Below are positions 38,503 to 51,373 of a stretch of 64,000 bases of DNA, piece by piece. A program made the position numbers and the translations under genes. The DNA is taken from the NCBI GenBank assembly GCA_017959065.1, contig JAGDBK010000013.1, forward strand, positions 3,258 to 67,257, read 5' to 3'. The stretch's first letter is position 1. Each line of letters starts with the position of its first letter. The DNA is from Clostridia bacterium (GTDB lineage: Bacteria; Bacillota; Clostridia; Oscillospirales; CAG-272). Under the pieces are notes generated by a model. That model made no database searches. It worked only from the letters and a program-made list of their open reading frames with translations, and had not been told where the DNA came from.

Positions 38503-39129
38503 TCATATTTTGGAAAGTACCGAAAGAGCGCTTCGTATTATCTCTTCCAGACTGAGATTCTCCGTTTTGACAGATCTGAGAGCGGAGATCGCCTCTGCCC
38601 TGCTGTACCCGAGGACCACGAGCGCGTTCTGCGCCTCCGAAAGCTTGTTGTTTCCTCCGGTGACGCTGGATGCCGCGGAGAAAGTGTCTGAAGACAGCCC
38701 CGCGCTTTTGTCCGTGCCGCCGAGTTTGTCCTTGAGTTCAAGCACGATCCTTGCCGCGCTCTTTGCGCCGACTCCCTGAGCTCGGGATATCGACTTCGTA
38801 TCCTCGCTCACGACGGCCAGAGCGAACTGTTCCGGCGTCATGGACGACAGGATGGAGATCGCGGCCTTCGGGCCGATCCCCGATACCGATATCAGAAGCT
38901 TGAAGCTGTAAAGCTCCTTCTGCGTTGAGAACCCGAAAAGTTCTACCGCGTCCTCTCTGACGGAAAGGTGAGTATACAGCTTGACTCTTGGGGGATTCGC
39001 CTCGTTCAGCGGCGGAAAACTGTTCAGAGTGGTTCCGCTGACCGTAAGCCTGTATCCCACTCCGCCGCAGTCTATGACCGCCATTCCCGATTCGTAATAT
39101 GTAAGTTCACCGCAGATATGGTAAAACAT
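38503..39129 (-). CDS. ruvA: Holliday junction DNA-binding protein RuvA
   Basis: MFYHICGEL... with HhH motifs (LISVSGIGPKAA). The likely ATG at 39129 overlaps the yfhO stop (TGATG). Confidence 0.9.
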   Translation of the reverse strand: MFYHICGELTYYESGMAVIDCGGVGYRLTVSGTTLNSFPPLNEANPPRVKLYTHLSVREDAVELFGFSTQKELYSFKLLISVSGIGPKAAISILSSMTPEQFALAVVSEDTKSISRAQGVGAKSAARIVLELKDKLGGTDKSAGLSSDTFSAASSVTGGNNKLSEAQNALVVLGYSRAEAISALRSVKTENLSLEEIIRSALSVLSKI

Positions 39130-42100
39130 CACTCGCTGTCCTCCGTGTCTTCGCCGGCAGTGTTAACGTCAGGTTCATCCGGCATCTCTCCCGTCTCCCC
39201 GGCGGACAACTCCTGCCCGCCGTCCGGCAGGACGTCTGCGGCGGGGTCTTCTTCCGCCGGAAGTTCCGTAACGTCTTTTGATCCGGCGCCGCATCTGACA
39301 GGGAACGGGAATGAGACCGAGCCCTCGCATGCCGGGCCGTTTCCGCTCTTGTTGTTCTTTCTTCTGATGATCGTGTCCAGAGCGAACAGGACGGCGAAAA
39401 CGGCAAGCGAAACTATTGATATGATAATGCCCGTTTTGACCTGCTTGGGCATATAGATCATTTCCAGATCATGTTCTCCGGGCGTCGGCGCGTCAAACGC
39501 GATAAGAGCCCCGACAGTTTCATAGATGTCGGTCTTCACTCCGTCGAGATAGATGTTCCATCCCTCATCGTACGGTATCGAAGTGTATACCGTGCTCTTG
39601 CTGAGCGTCGTGGTGATCTTTCCCTTGAAATGGTCTTCGGAATAATCCGGATCGATTATATAGTTGTATTCGGAAAGAAGCGGCATCACGCTCTTAAAGA
39701 CTTCCTCGTCAAGATAGTACAGATATCCGCCTGAGTTGTTGGCCATGTAGACCGGATCGTTCTTGAGCACAAGCGTGATCTCGATGTTCTTGGTGACCGC
39801 CGCCATGTATGCTCCCTTTTCGCCTATCTTGACTATCCTCGTGGTCTCGTTCCCGAAATATGTTCCGCTGGCGATGCCGTTGATCTTCATGTCGACCTCC
39901 CTGGGATACGTGCTCGCGAAATACGCGTAGATCTGCACCTCCTCCTCGGGTACGTCGAACGTATAGTTTATCCTCGCGTCGCCTCCGCTGCCGTCTGCGG
40001 CATACTTCTTGTGACCGCTGACGTAGCCTATCGTCACGTTGCTGTCCGAGACAGCCTTGAGCGTCAGCGGGACGAACAGCTGAACGGGCTTTTTCTGCCC
40101 GAGCATGGCTCCCACCATTGCGTTCATCAGTTCGAACGGATTGTAGTAGTCTTCAGGATTCAGATCCTTTATCAAGGGAGAAGACGCGGCCGCGAGAGAA
40201 AGAGCATAGCTGTTGTTGTACGCATAGATGGTCTGTCCCTCTTTCACTCCCTCGGTGGTGAACACGAGATCGTAAGGCTCGTCCATCTTCGAATCCGAAA
40301 GTATGTATTTAAGTCCGAGCAGCGAATCCGACACGGGAGTGCCGCCGAGATATTTGGACCAGTGGCTCTTTGAACAGTACCCGAGTCTCTCGAGCAGCTT
40401 CAGCGTCTCTTTGTTGAGAGTAGAAGTGGAATTCGAAAGGCCGTTGATATCCAGCGCCATGGCATCGTTGGTCTTGCGGTGGTATGTCTTTTCCGATCTG
40501 TAGAAACTGTCGTCATACTGCTTGAGCTTGTTGAAGGCAGCCCTCCAGGGCTCCATGTTGCTGACATAAGAGGTCCTGGACGAGAAATGCACGTCCTTGT
40601 CGAGAGCGATAAGATTCAGCAGCCCGGCCGTGAACATCTCCAGACATATCAAAACGCAGATAACCATTGCCGCGTGGTTCTCCGAATTAGCGTGCATGAA
40701 CGAATACGAGGCCAGAAAATACGCTATCACGCATACGACCGTGAGCCAGATCGACCCGATATCTTCCATGTAGCTGTAGTCCAGCTTCTGAATGATGAAT
40801 ATCAGGAGCATGTAGGCGACGCTTATCGCGAGAAGTACCTTCGGTTTAGTATCCTTCAGCGTCTCATAACCTTTGACCGCGGCAACCAGGAAAATGAAGC
40901 AGAACATGAAGCTGTACCGGCACTCCAGCCAGTTCGGACGCTGCAGACCGTGCCAGAACATGTCGACGGCCTGGATGTTGAAGCTGAAAACGAACACCAG
41001 CAGAAGGATCCCGGTGGCTATTCTTTCCCTCACCGAATACTTTCCGCTCATAAAGAACAGCGGGACCGTCATAAGCGAGAAGACGCCGCAGTATATCCAC
41101 GGCAGGCCGTCAGGACGCACCGTGTCATAGCTTCCGGGGAACAGCTTCGTTACGATGTCGAGAAGATCGTAGCGCTGGCTGAATGAGTATGTCGGATTTG
41201 AAAAGGTGTTTTTGCCGAATGAGATCGAGTAGTATGCGGAAAGGATTATTACCGCTGATATGCCTAGAGCGATAGCGCTGTACAGTGCAATCCTTCCGAA
41301 AGACTTTATGAAATGATGGTTCTCCGACAGCGGGTTGTTGGCGCCGTCCTTGGAGTGGGCGAACCAGTAATATAAGAAATACAGCACCACATAGATGCAT
41401 ACCATATATCCTATGTAAAAGTTGGATATCACGGAAAGAGCGAGGCAGATGACGAACATCTTGTACTTTCCGTACTTTATCATGTTTTCTATCCCGAGAG
41501 AGACCAAAGGAAGGAAGATCACGCAGTCCAGCCACATCGTGTTGTGCTGGTAAACGATGGCATACGACGTGAGCGCGTACATAGTCGAAAACATGACCGT
41601 CGCTATCTTGTTGAAGCCCGGCCTCGTCTTGTGTATGTAGTACCCGAACGTCAGTCCGCAGCTTCCGCACTTCAGAAGGATCATCAAGAGCAGAGCCTCG
41701 GTGATCGCCCCGGCGGGGAACAGAACTGTGATAAGTGAGAACGGGCTGGAGACATAGTACGCGAAGATGCCGAGGAACTCACCGCCCAGCGACCTTGAGA
41801 AAGAGTAGAGGAGACTTCCGCCGTCCAGAATGATATTTCTCAGAGCCTCGAAAAAATAAACATACTGTCCGTTGAGATCAAGGACCAGCACGGAATTCTC
41901 CCCGAACGGAAACACTTCCATGCCTATGTAAATAAGCCACATGAGCACCATCGGAACGATGAATGCGGCTATCAGATATCTGTATTCCTTTATGACCGCG
42001 GAAAACCGGGACCTGCCTTTCACCTCGGCGGCGACAGGCTCAGCCATGAGCTCCGCTTCGGCGGTTTCCGTTCCGGTCACTTCGGCCTGAACACTTTCTT

Positions 42101-42149
42101 CCGCCGCCGTTTCAACGGCATTTTCTGCTGCTTTGGATTCTGTATCCAT
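39129..42149 (-). CDS. YfhO-family polytopic membrane glycosyltransferase-like protein with acidic C-terminal tail
   Basis: 1006-aa ORF with many transmembrane segments, then a large extracytoplasmic domain, one further transmembrane segment, and a ~90-aa Asp/Glu/Pro-rich tail. Confidence 0.7.
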   Translation of the reverse strand: MDTESKAAENAVETAAEESVQAEVTGTETAEAELMAEPVAAEVKGRSRFSAVIKEYRYLIAAFIVPMVLMWLIYIGMEVFPFGENSVLVLDLNGQYVYFFEALRNIILDGGSLLYSFSRSLGGEFLGIFAYYVSSPFSLITVLFPAGAITEALLLMILLKCGSCGLTFGYYIHKTRPGFNKIATVMFSTMYALTSYAIVYQHNTMWLDCVIFLPLVSLGIENMIKYGKYKMFVICLALSVISNFYIGYMVCIYVVLYFLYYWFAHSKDGANNPLSENHHFIKSFGRIALYSAIALGISAVIILSAYYSISFGKNTFSNPTYSFSQRYDLLDIVTKLFPGSYDTVRPDGLPWIYCGVFSLMTVPLFFMSGKYSVRERIATGILLLVFVFSFNIQAVDMFWHGLQRPNWLECRYSFMFCFIFLVAAVKGYETLKDTKPKVLLAISVAYMLLIFIIQKLDYSYMEDIGSIWLTVVCVIAYFLASYSFMHANSENHAAMVICVLICLEMFTAGLLNLIALDKDVHFSSRTSYVSNMEPWRAAFNKLKQYDDSFYRSEKTYHRKTNDAMALDINGLSNSTSTLNKETLKLLERLGYCSKSHWSKYLGGTPVSDSLLGLKYILSDSKMDEPYDLVFTTEGVKEGQTIYAYNNSYALSLAAASSPLIKDLNPEDYYNPFELMNAMVGAMLGQKKPVQLFVPLTLKAVSDSNVTIGYVSGHKKYAADGSGGDARINYTFDVPEEEVQIYAYFASTYPREVDMKINGIASGTYFGNETTRIVKIGEKGAYMAAVTKNIEITLVLKNDPVYMANNSGGYLYYLDEEVFKSVMPLLSEYNYIIDPDYSEDHFKGKITTTLSKSTVYTSIPYDEGWNIYLDGVKTDIYETVGALIAFDAPTPGEHDLEMIYMPKQVKTGIIISIVSLAVFAVLFALDTIIRRKNNKSGNGPACEGSVSFPFPVRCGAGSKDVTELPAEEDPAADVLPDGGQELSAGETGEMPDEPDVNTAGEDTEDSE

Positions 42150-42186
42150 AGTCTGATACCTCTCAATTAATTCTGACTTTCGCGGT

Positions 42187-42408
42187 TCAGTTCCCGTTCG
42201 TCCCCGAAACCCGCCCCGCGTCCCCGGGATGGACCTTTTTTATTGACCGCTCCAGTTTTTCCCTGGGAACGGTCATATCCCTTCCGCAGCCTTCGCACAC
42301 GACCCGGAGATCGCTTCCGACCCGCAGGACTTTAAGCCTGTTCGACCCGCACGGATGCGGTTTTTTCATTTCAAGAACATCGCCGACAGAAACAGATACT
42401 ATCCTCAA
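42187..42408 (-). CDS. DUF951-family small protein
   Basis: 73-aa ORF with ...VGDVLEMKKPHPCGSNRLKVLRVGSDLRVVCEGCGRDMTVPR... Confidence 0.75.
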   Translation of the reverse strand: MRIVSVSVGDVLEMKKPHPCGSNRLKVLRVGSDLRVVCEGCGRDMTVPREKLERSIKKVHPGDAGRVSGTNGN

Positions 42409-42467
42409 AAAGCATCCCCCCGCAAAATCATCCGAATAATGCGTATAATAACCCGATTGTAACGATA

Positions 42468-42496
42468 ATTATACCACACCGGCCCATTTCTGTAAA
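42468..42496 (-). promoter_or_regulatory. sigma-A type promoter of DUF951-yfhO-ruvAB transcription unit
   Basis: Minus strand reads TTTACA (42496-42491), a 17-nt spacer, then TGg-TATAAT (42473-42468). Confidence 0.5.
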
Positions 42497-42544
42497 TTGC
42501 CTGGGCGAAAAATGAGATGCCTTTCCGGGGTCCGTGATGCCGTT

Positions 42545-42584
42545 TCGGAAAAGGAAGCGGCCCGGGAACATGTTATCCCGGGCC
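42545..42584 (-). terminator. intrinsic terminator after methyltransferase gene
   Basis: 9-bp stem GGCCCGGGA/TCCCGGGCC, followed on the minus strand by GCUUCCUUUUCC. Confidence 0.55.
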
Positions 42585-42643
42585 GGTACATTTATGTATT
42601 ACATTTCTTTCATTATGTTTCTGCTTCGCGGAAGGAAGTTCGG

Positions 42644-43804
42644 CTATCCTTTTTCCCTTAGTCTGAAGAGAGACTGCTCTATCCCGTATCTCCGCAAAAG
42701 CTCCCTTACTTCATCCATCTTCTCCGGATGCGGTCTCCCGGTCTTCTGCGCCCTAATCATTATGTTCTTGGGCGAATGAGAGAAATCAACGAATTCGAGC
42801 AGATCGATCCTGTATCCTTCAGCCTCGAGTATCATCGCCCTTACGGTATCCGTCAGAAGGGCGCACATCCTTTCCTTCACTATGCCGTATCTGAGGAAGA
42901 CATCGAGTTCCCCTCCCGGGGCGATGCTGCCGTTGACCTCGTGCTGGCAGCACGGTACGGAGATTATCGTGCGGACATCCTTCTTTATCCCGTAGTTCAG
43001 AGCATAATCCGTGGCAGTATCGCAGGCGTGAAGCGAGACGATCATGTCGATCTCATCGTCGTAGAGCGCGTCCTTAGTCACATCGCTGACATAAAACTCA
43101 AGTCCGCTGTATCCGTACCGTTCCGCCACTTCCCTGCAGTGCTTTATCACGTCGGGCTTAAGATCGTATCCGATTATCCTGACTTTGACGCCCCTGACGA
43201 CAGCGAAATAGTGGTACAGAACGAACGTGAGGTACGACTTGCCGCATCCGAAATCGAGGATGGTCATCTCGTCATCGCTTCTTCCGCGAAAGACATCGTC
43301 CACCGTCTCGACGAATCTGTTGATCTGCTTGAATTTGTCGTACATACCGGTGACCACCCTGTAGTCTCGGGTGAAAACGCCCAGCTCAACGAGAGCGGGA
43401 ACAGGATCGCCTTCCCTGATGATATAGTCCTTGCTGCGGTCGTTGCCCGTCTGAGCGGGCACGGAGCCTTTTCCGGCGGCGCCGCTTCTCATTCTGAATC
43501 CTCCTGCGCCGTTTCTTGAGAAAGAATCCGCGGAACCTTCCGAGAGCGCATTGATCTGGCGGTATCCGGAACAGAGTCCGAGTATATAGCTTTCGGCGTC
43601 TTCCGCGCGGACATTCAGATGGAACACCTTGTCTTCTTTGAATCTTTCAGCCTGCCACTGCGCGCCGTTCTTCATGGAGACGGGCCTGAGTTTTATCTTC
43701 GTAAAACCGCCTTCCGCTCCGTCCGGAGAACTGAACGTGACTCTGGTCAGGGTTTCTCTGTGAGACAGTATGTACTGAGCGACTTCATTTGCCGTCATAA
43801 ACAT
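42644..43804 (-). CDS. class I SAM-dependent methyltransferase
   Basis: 386-aa ORF with SAM-binding motif I ILDFGCGKSYLT and ...SLHACDTATD... Confidence 0.7.
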   Translation of the reverse strand: MFMTANEVAQYILSHRETLTRVTFSSPDGAEGGFTKIKLRPVSMKNGAQWQAERFKEDKVFHLNVRAEDAESYILGLCSGYRQINALSEGSADSFSRNGAGGFRMRSGAAGKGSVPAQTGNDRSKDYIIREGDPVPALVELGVFTRDYRVVTGMYDKFKQINRFVETVDDVFRGRSDDEMTILDFGCGKSYLTFVLYHYFAVVRGVKVRIIGYDLKPDVIKHCREVAERYGYSGLEFYVSDVTKDALYDDEIDMIVSLHACDTATDYALNYGIKKDVRTIISVPCCQHEVNGSIAPGGELDVFLRYGIVKERMCALLTDTVRAMILEAEGYRIDLLEFVDFSHSPKNIMIRAQKTGRPHPEKMDEVRELLRRYGIEQSLFRLREKG

Positions 43805-43828
43805 ATCTCCCCTGTTTCAAGTCCCGGT

Positions 43829-44710
43829 CTAAGCCTTCCTGATTATCTCCGAAAGATTCCGGCAGATGCTCTGCGCGACTTCCGGCTTGTTCATGGAATA
43901 AACGTGGACGTTCTTTATGCCGTTGGCGAACAGATCTATTATCTGGTCCGTCGCATAAGCGATGCCCGCCTGCTTCATTGCCTCCGGCATTCCGCCGAAA
44001 CTGTCCACGAGACTTTTGAACCTCTGCGGCATGAATGAACCGGACAGTTTTATCGCGCGGTCGACCTGATTCGCGTTCGTTATAGGCATTATTCCGGGAA
44101 TTATCGGTACTTTGATCCCGGCCTCCCTGGCCTTGTACAGGAAATTGTAAAACAGATTGTTGTCGAAGAACATCTGTGTCGTAAGGAAAGAGCATCCCGC
44201 CTCGACCTTTTCGCGCAGATGGGTCAGATCCTCATGCTGGTTCGGGCTCTCCGGGTGGATTTCCGGATAGCATGCGCCGCCGATGCAGAAATCTCCTCCG
44301 CCCGACACTATGTCGCGGATAAGATCGACCGCATAGCGGTAATCCCATTTGCTCCTGTCCGTGTTCTCCAGCTGGGGAGGCAGATCCCCGCGCAGGGCCA
44401 TAATGTTATCTATTCCCGCGTTCTTTATCGCCTCTATCTGTCTCTTCACCGTTTCTCTGGTGGACGATACGCATGTCAGATGCGCGAGGACCGGCACGTT
44501 CGTCTTCTTCCTGAGATTCTCAGCGATCTCCACGGTATACCTGCTCGTTCCTCCGCCCGCGCCGTAAGTGACGCTCATGAAGGAGGGCGACAGTTCGGCT
44601 ATCTTTTCCGTGGCGGCCTTCACGCTCTCAAAGACCGTGTCGGTCTTGGGCGGAAAGACTTCAAAAGAGAGCGAATATCCTTCTTTTTCAAAAATATCGG
44701 TGATCTTCAT
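43829..44710 (-). CDS. metF: 5,10-methylenetetrahydrofolate reductase
   Basis: 293-aa ORF with ...SFEVFPPKT...MSVTYGAGGGT...HLTC...ALRGD... Confidence 0.9.
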   Translation of the reverse strand: MKITDIFEKEGYSLSFEVFPPKTDTVFESVKAATEKIAELSPSFMSVTYGAGGGTSRYTVEIAENLRKKTNVPVLAHLTCVSSTRETVKRQIEAIKNAGIDNIMALRGDLPPQLENTDRSKWDYRYAVDLIRDIVSGGGDFCIGGACYPEIHPESPNQHEDLTHLREKVEAGCSFLTTQMFFDNNLFYNFLYKAREAGIKVPIIPGIMPITNANQVDRAIKLSGSFMPQRFKSLVDSFGGMPEAMKQAGIAYATDQIIDLFANGIKNVHVYSMNKPEVAQSICRNLSEIIRKA

Positions 44711-44751
44711 ATCTTCTCCTCAAAGCCGGTATATTTTACATCTTAATTTTT

Positions 44752-47672
<2,921 letters not shown>

Positions 47673-47696
47673 GTGGGCTGCGGGTCAGTCCACCGC

Positions 47697-47725
47697 TTGC
47701 CATACGGACTTCCGCATGATATAAT
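47697..47725 (+). promoter_or_regulatory. sigma-A type promoter of serine hydrolase gene
   Basis: TTGCCA (47697-47702), a 17-nt spacer, then TGa-TATAAT (47720-47725). Confidence 0.5.
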
Positions 47726-47762
47726 TATCTGGTAGTCATTTGATTCGGGAGGCGATCTAAAA

Positions 47763-48617
47763 ATGAGCGTTTTTACAGAAAAAGCACGCGAATTCATTGA
47801 ATCCGGACATTATAACGTTTACCATCTAACCGAGATCAGGGACGGTGTTTCCGAAACGGTGTCTTTCGGAAAATCCAACCCGTGTCAGAACTCGTATTCC
47901 GTGGCGAAGGCATTCGTCGTGACGGCGCTGGGAGTCCTGTATGACAAGGGCCTGCTGTCGACCGATGAAAAAGTAGTCGATATACTCAGAAAATACCTGC
48001 CCGCCGGGATGGACGAAAGATGGGAACTTACGACCGTGGACATGGCCCTCAAGCACAAGATAGGTCTCCCGGGATCGTTTCTCGACATAGACGTGTACAG
48101 CACTTACGAATTCGGAAAGGACTTCCTTTCCTACATGCTTTCGTATCCTCTGGAACACACCCCCGGAGAAGAGAGCATATATACGGACGGGGCGTTCTAT
48201 CTTCTCGGCCGGATCGTAGAGGAAAAAGCCGGCATGGATCTTCTGAAATTCATGTGGAAGGAACTGTTCTTCGACATGGAAGTCCAGGAAGCGGCATGGA
48301 GCACATGCCCGCTCGGACATCCCATGGGTGCGACCGGGCTTTACATCAGATCGAGCGATATGGCGAAACTCGGTCAGCTCTACCTCGACCGCGGCGAGTT
48401 CAAGGGTAAAAGACTGCTCTCCGAGGACTGGACGGACATAGTCCTGTCAAGAGGCTACGAGCTCAAAAAGACAGGGGTCGGGCTCTCTTACGGCAAAGGA
48501 GGCATGAGAGGCCAGATGCTGCTCGTGGTCCCGGAAAAGAACTCCGCGATCGCATGGCACGCGTGCCAGAGCTCGGATCTGAAAAAAGAGATAATAAATA
48601 TCTGCTACAGCTGCTGA
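47763..48617 (+). CDS. serine hydrolase (beta-lactamase/transpeptidase-like family)
   Basis: 284-aa ORF with the SxxK motif YSVAKAF. No signal peptide. Confidence 0.7.
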   Translation: MSVFTEKAREFIESGHYNVYHLTEIRDGVSETVSFGKSNPCQNSYSVAKAFVVTALGVLYDKGLLSTDEKVVDILRKYLPAGMDERWELTTVDMALKHKIGLPGSFLDIDVYSTYEFGKDFLSYMLSYPLEHTPGEESIYTDGAFYLLGRIVEEKAGMDLLKFMWKELFFDMEVQEAAWSTCPLGHPMGATGLYIRSSDMAKLGQLYLDRGEFKGKRLLSEDWTDIVLSRGYELKKTGVGLSYGKGGMRGQMLLVVPEKNSAIAWHACQSSDLKKEIINICYSC

Positions 48618-48864
48618 CCCGTTTTTGATTATATCACCCGCTCCGGGAATCTGCAAGCGTAAAAAGGGCATGCGGGCCCGTCCGGAGATGTCTGTCCCTG
48701 ACATTTCAGTGCTGTGCCGCAGGGGACAGGGACAGTCCGAAGCGGGGCGGGACCGAATCAGCGTTATAACGCGGTAAATACACGCATGGCTCATATATGA
48801 CCCGATCCAAAAATCTAACGACCGAAAGGAGACTCTCGGGAGAGAGGACGGCTTCATTTCACAT

Positions 48865-49632
48865 TTGTCAGGTATGCCGCCGCAATTACAGATGAAGATA
48901 ACCTTTATCGGAACATCTCACGGAGTGCCCTCGTCCGAAAGGCACTGCTCGTGCACCATGATCGAAGTAGGTGAAAAGCTCTATTTCATCGACGCCGGAG
49001 CTCCGCTGCCCGACAGTATGCTCCGTCAGGGCAAAAAAGTCAATGATATCCGCGCCGTGTTCACAACCCACGTCCACGGAGATCATATCTACGGCCTGTT
49101 TCCGCTTTGCGACCTGGTCTCGTGGCACTACAAGAAGGCGTTCATAACGGTCTTCGTCACTGAACAGGAGCTCATTCCCCTTATAAAAGACACGGTCAGA
49201 CTGCTCTCCGGTACCGATCCAGATAAAAGGATAAACTATGAACTGACTCTTCCCGACAAAGTCTATTCCGACGATCTGGTAAGAGTTTCGTTCATCCCGA
49301 CAAAACACAAGGAAGGCGGCGCCAAGCCGTCTTATGCGATCAGATTTGAAGCGGAGGGCAAGAAGCTGATCTTCACGGGGGACCTTTCCGGTCTGCTTTC
49401 ACATGACGATTTTCCCAAGGAGATCTCTCAGGAGGAGACCGATCTCGTAGTCTGCGAAATGGCTCATTTCGGCGTGGAGCATATATATCCCCATATGCAG
49501 ACCGCAAAAACCAAGACTTTCTGCTTCACACATGTCTGCCCGCTGGACAAATACGACATGATAGAGGAAATAAAGAACGATTTCCCGTTCAGCGTGATCA
49601 CGCCGAAGGACGGGGATACCGTTGAACTGTAA
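48865..49632 (+). CDS. MBL-fold metallo-hydrolase
   Basis: HVHGDH motif. The start is uncertain; ATG 48892 (MKITFIGTSHG) is more family-typical. Confidence 0.75.
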   Translation: MSGMPPQLQMKITFIGTSHGVPSSERHCSCTMIEVGEKLYFIDAGAPLPDSMLRQGKKVNDIRAVFTTHVHGDHIYGLFPLCDLVSWHYKKAFITVFVTEQELIPLIKDTVRLLSGTDPDKRINYELTLPDKVYSDDLVRVSFIPTKHKEGGAKPSYAIRFEAEGKKLIFTGDLSGLLSHDDFPKEISQEETDLVVCEMAHFGVEHIYPHMQTAKTKTFCFTHVCPLDKYDMIEEIKNDFPFSVITPKDGDTVEL

Positions 49633-49686
49633 CAGCATATAATAAAGGCTTTAAACATCGCCGGAACGGATCAGGAGGAAAAAAAG

Positions 49687-51360
49687 ATGATGACAGATAT
49701 TGAGATAGCCCACAGCACTGAACTCAAAAAGATCGGCGAGATCGCCGCGATGCTGGATATCCCGGAAAGTGAACTCGAGTATTACGGGAAATACAAGGCA
49801 AAGATATCCGAAAAGTTCATACGCGAGACCGAAAACAGAAAGGACGGGAAACTCGTTCTTGTTACCGCGATAAACCCGACGCCGGCCGGCGAAGGAAAGA
49901 CCACGACCACCGTCGGGCTCGGCATGGCTCTCAACAGGATAGGCAAAAGAGCTGCGATCGCGCTCAGGGAACCGTCTCTCGGTCCTGTTTTCGGGATCAA
50001 GGGCGGCGCCGCCGGAGGCGGTTACGCCCAGGTGCTTCCCATGGAAGACATCAATCTCCATTTTACGGGAGATTTCCACGCCGTGTCGGCCGCGAACAAC
50101 CTTCTGTGCGCCATGGTCGACAACCACATCCATCAGGGCAACGAGCTCGGGATAGATCCGGACAGAGTCGTGTTTCCCTGAGTCATGGACATGAACGACC
50201 GTGCGCTGAGGAACATCGTCGTAGGGCTCGGAGGGAAAGCGAACGGCGTAACGAGGGAAGATCATTTCCAGATCACAGTCGCTAGCGAGATCATGGCGAT
50301 CCTCTGCCTTTCGGCCTCGATCGAGGACCTGAAGGAAAGGCTCGGCAGAGTCATCGTCGGTTATTCATACGCGGGAAAGGCAGTCAGGTGCCGGGATCTC
50401 AACGCCCAGGAAGCGATGGCCGTCCTTTTGAAGGACGCGATCTGTCCCAACCTGGTCCAGACAGTCGAGCACACGCCCGCGTTTATCCACGGGGGACCGT
50501 TCGCAAACATCGCTCACGGATGCAATTCCGTTAGGGCCACGAAACTGGCTCTCAAGACCGCCGATTACGCGATCACTGAGGCGGGATTCGGCGCGGATCT
50601 CGGCGCTGAGAAGTTCCTCGACATAAAATGCCGTTTTTCAGGTCTCGCCCCCTCCGCCATCGTCCTCGTAGCGACCGCCAGGGCGCTCAAATACAACGGC
50701 GGGGTCGCAAAGACCGCTCTGGGCGAGGAGAATCTCGAGGCTCTCGCAGCCGGTGTCTGCAATCTCAAAGCCCATGTGGAGAATCTTCAGAAGTACGGTG
50801 TTCCCGTTGTCGTCGCAATAAACAGATTCGCGTCGGACACAGAAGCCGAACTTGATCTGATACGCAGGACATGTTCCGAGATCGGAGCGGATTTCGCTCT
50901 CTCGGAAGTCTTCGGCAAAGGCGGAGCAGGAGGCGAGGAACTGGCAAGAGCCGTGGTCGCCGCATGCGAGAAGCCTTCGGAGTTCAGACTCCTATACAGC
51001 GACAGCGCTTCTGTCAAGGAAAAGATCGAGACCGTAGCCCGCGAGATATACGGGGCGGGTTCGGTGAATTATCTGCCCGCGGCGGAAAAATCGCTCGATT
51101 CCATTCTGTCCGCCGACCCAGAATTCTCCACCTATCCGGTATGTATGGCAAAGACGCAGTATTCTCTCTCGGATGATCCCGCGAAGCTCGGACGTCCCCG
51201 CGGATTCACCCTGACTGTCAGGGATATGCGCGTTTCCGCCGGAGCCGGATTCATAGTGGTATACACCGGCGAGATAATGACGATGCCCGGCCTTCCGAAA
51301 AGGCCGATGGCCGAGCGGATCGGCATCGATGCCGACGGATGCATTAGCGGGCTGTCCTGA
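49687..51360 (+). pseudogene. fhs: formate--tetrahydrofolate ligase, full length but interrupted by one in-frame TGA (50179-50181)
   Basis: The two track ORFs (49687-50181 and 50185-51360) are in the same frame. Together they cover the whole ~557-codon FTHFS: P-loop [11 protein letters not shown] in part 1; [11 protein letters not shown]...[13 protein letters not shown]...TMPGLPKRP in part 2. Confidence 0.85.
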
Positions 51361-51373
51361 GGCGGTGGGCCGG

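Noticed and set aside
48618-48864. GC-rich imperfect inverted repeats (CTGTCCCTG...CAGGGACAG and others) in the 247-bp spacer before the MBL hydrolase gene, considered as a riboswitch or ncRNA.
   Set aside because: I could not match them to any consensus I know. There is no clear promoter or terminator framing and the stems are imperfect. The evidence from sequence alone is insufficient.
50179-50181. The in-frame TGA in fhs as selenocysteine, or as evidence of a TGA-sense genetic code.
   Set aside because: TGA clearly terminates other genes here, for example carA at 3303-3305, glcK at 11161-11163 and rex at 33282-34. FTHFS is not a known selenoprotein, and the codon aligns to a conserved Arg rather than a Cys. 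I saw no convincing SECIS-like hairpin directly downstream.
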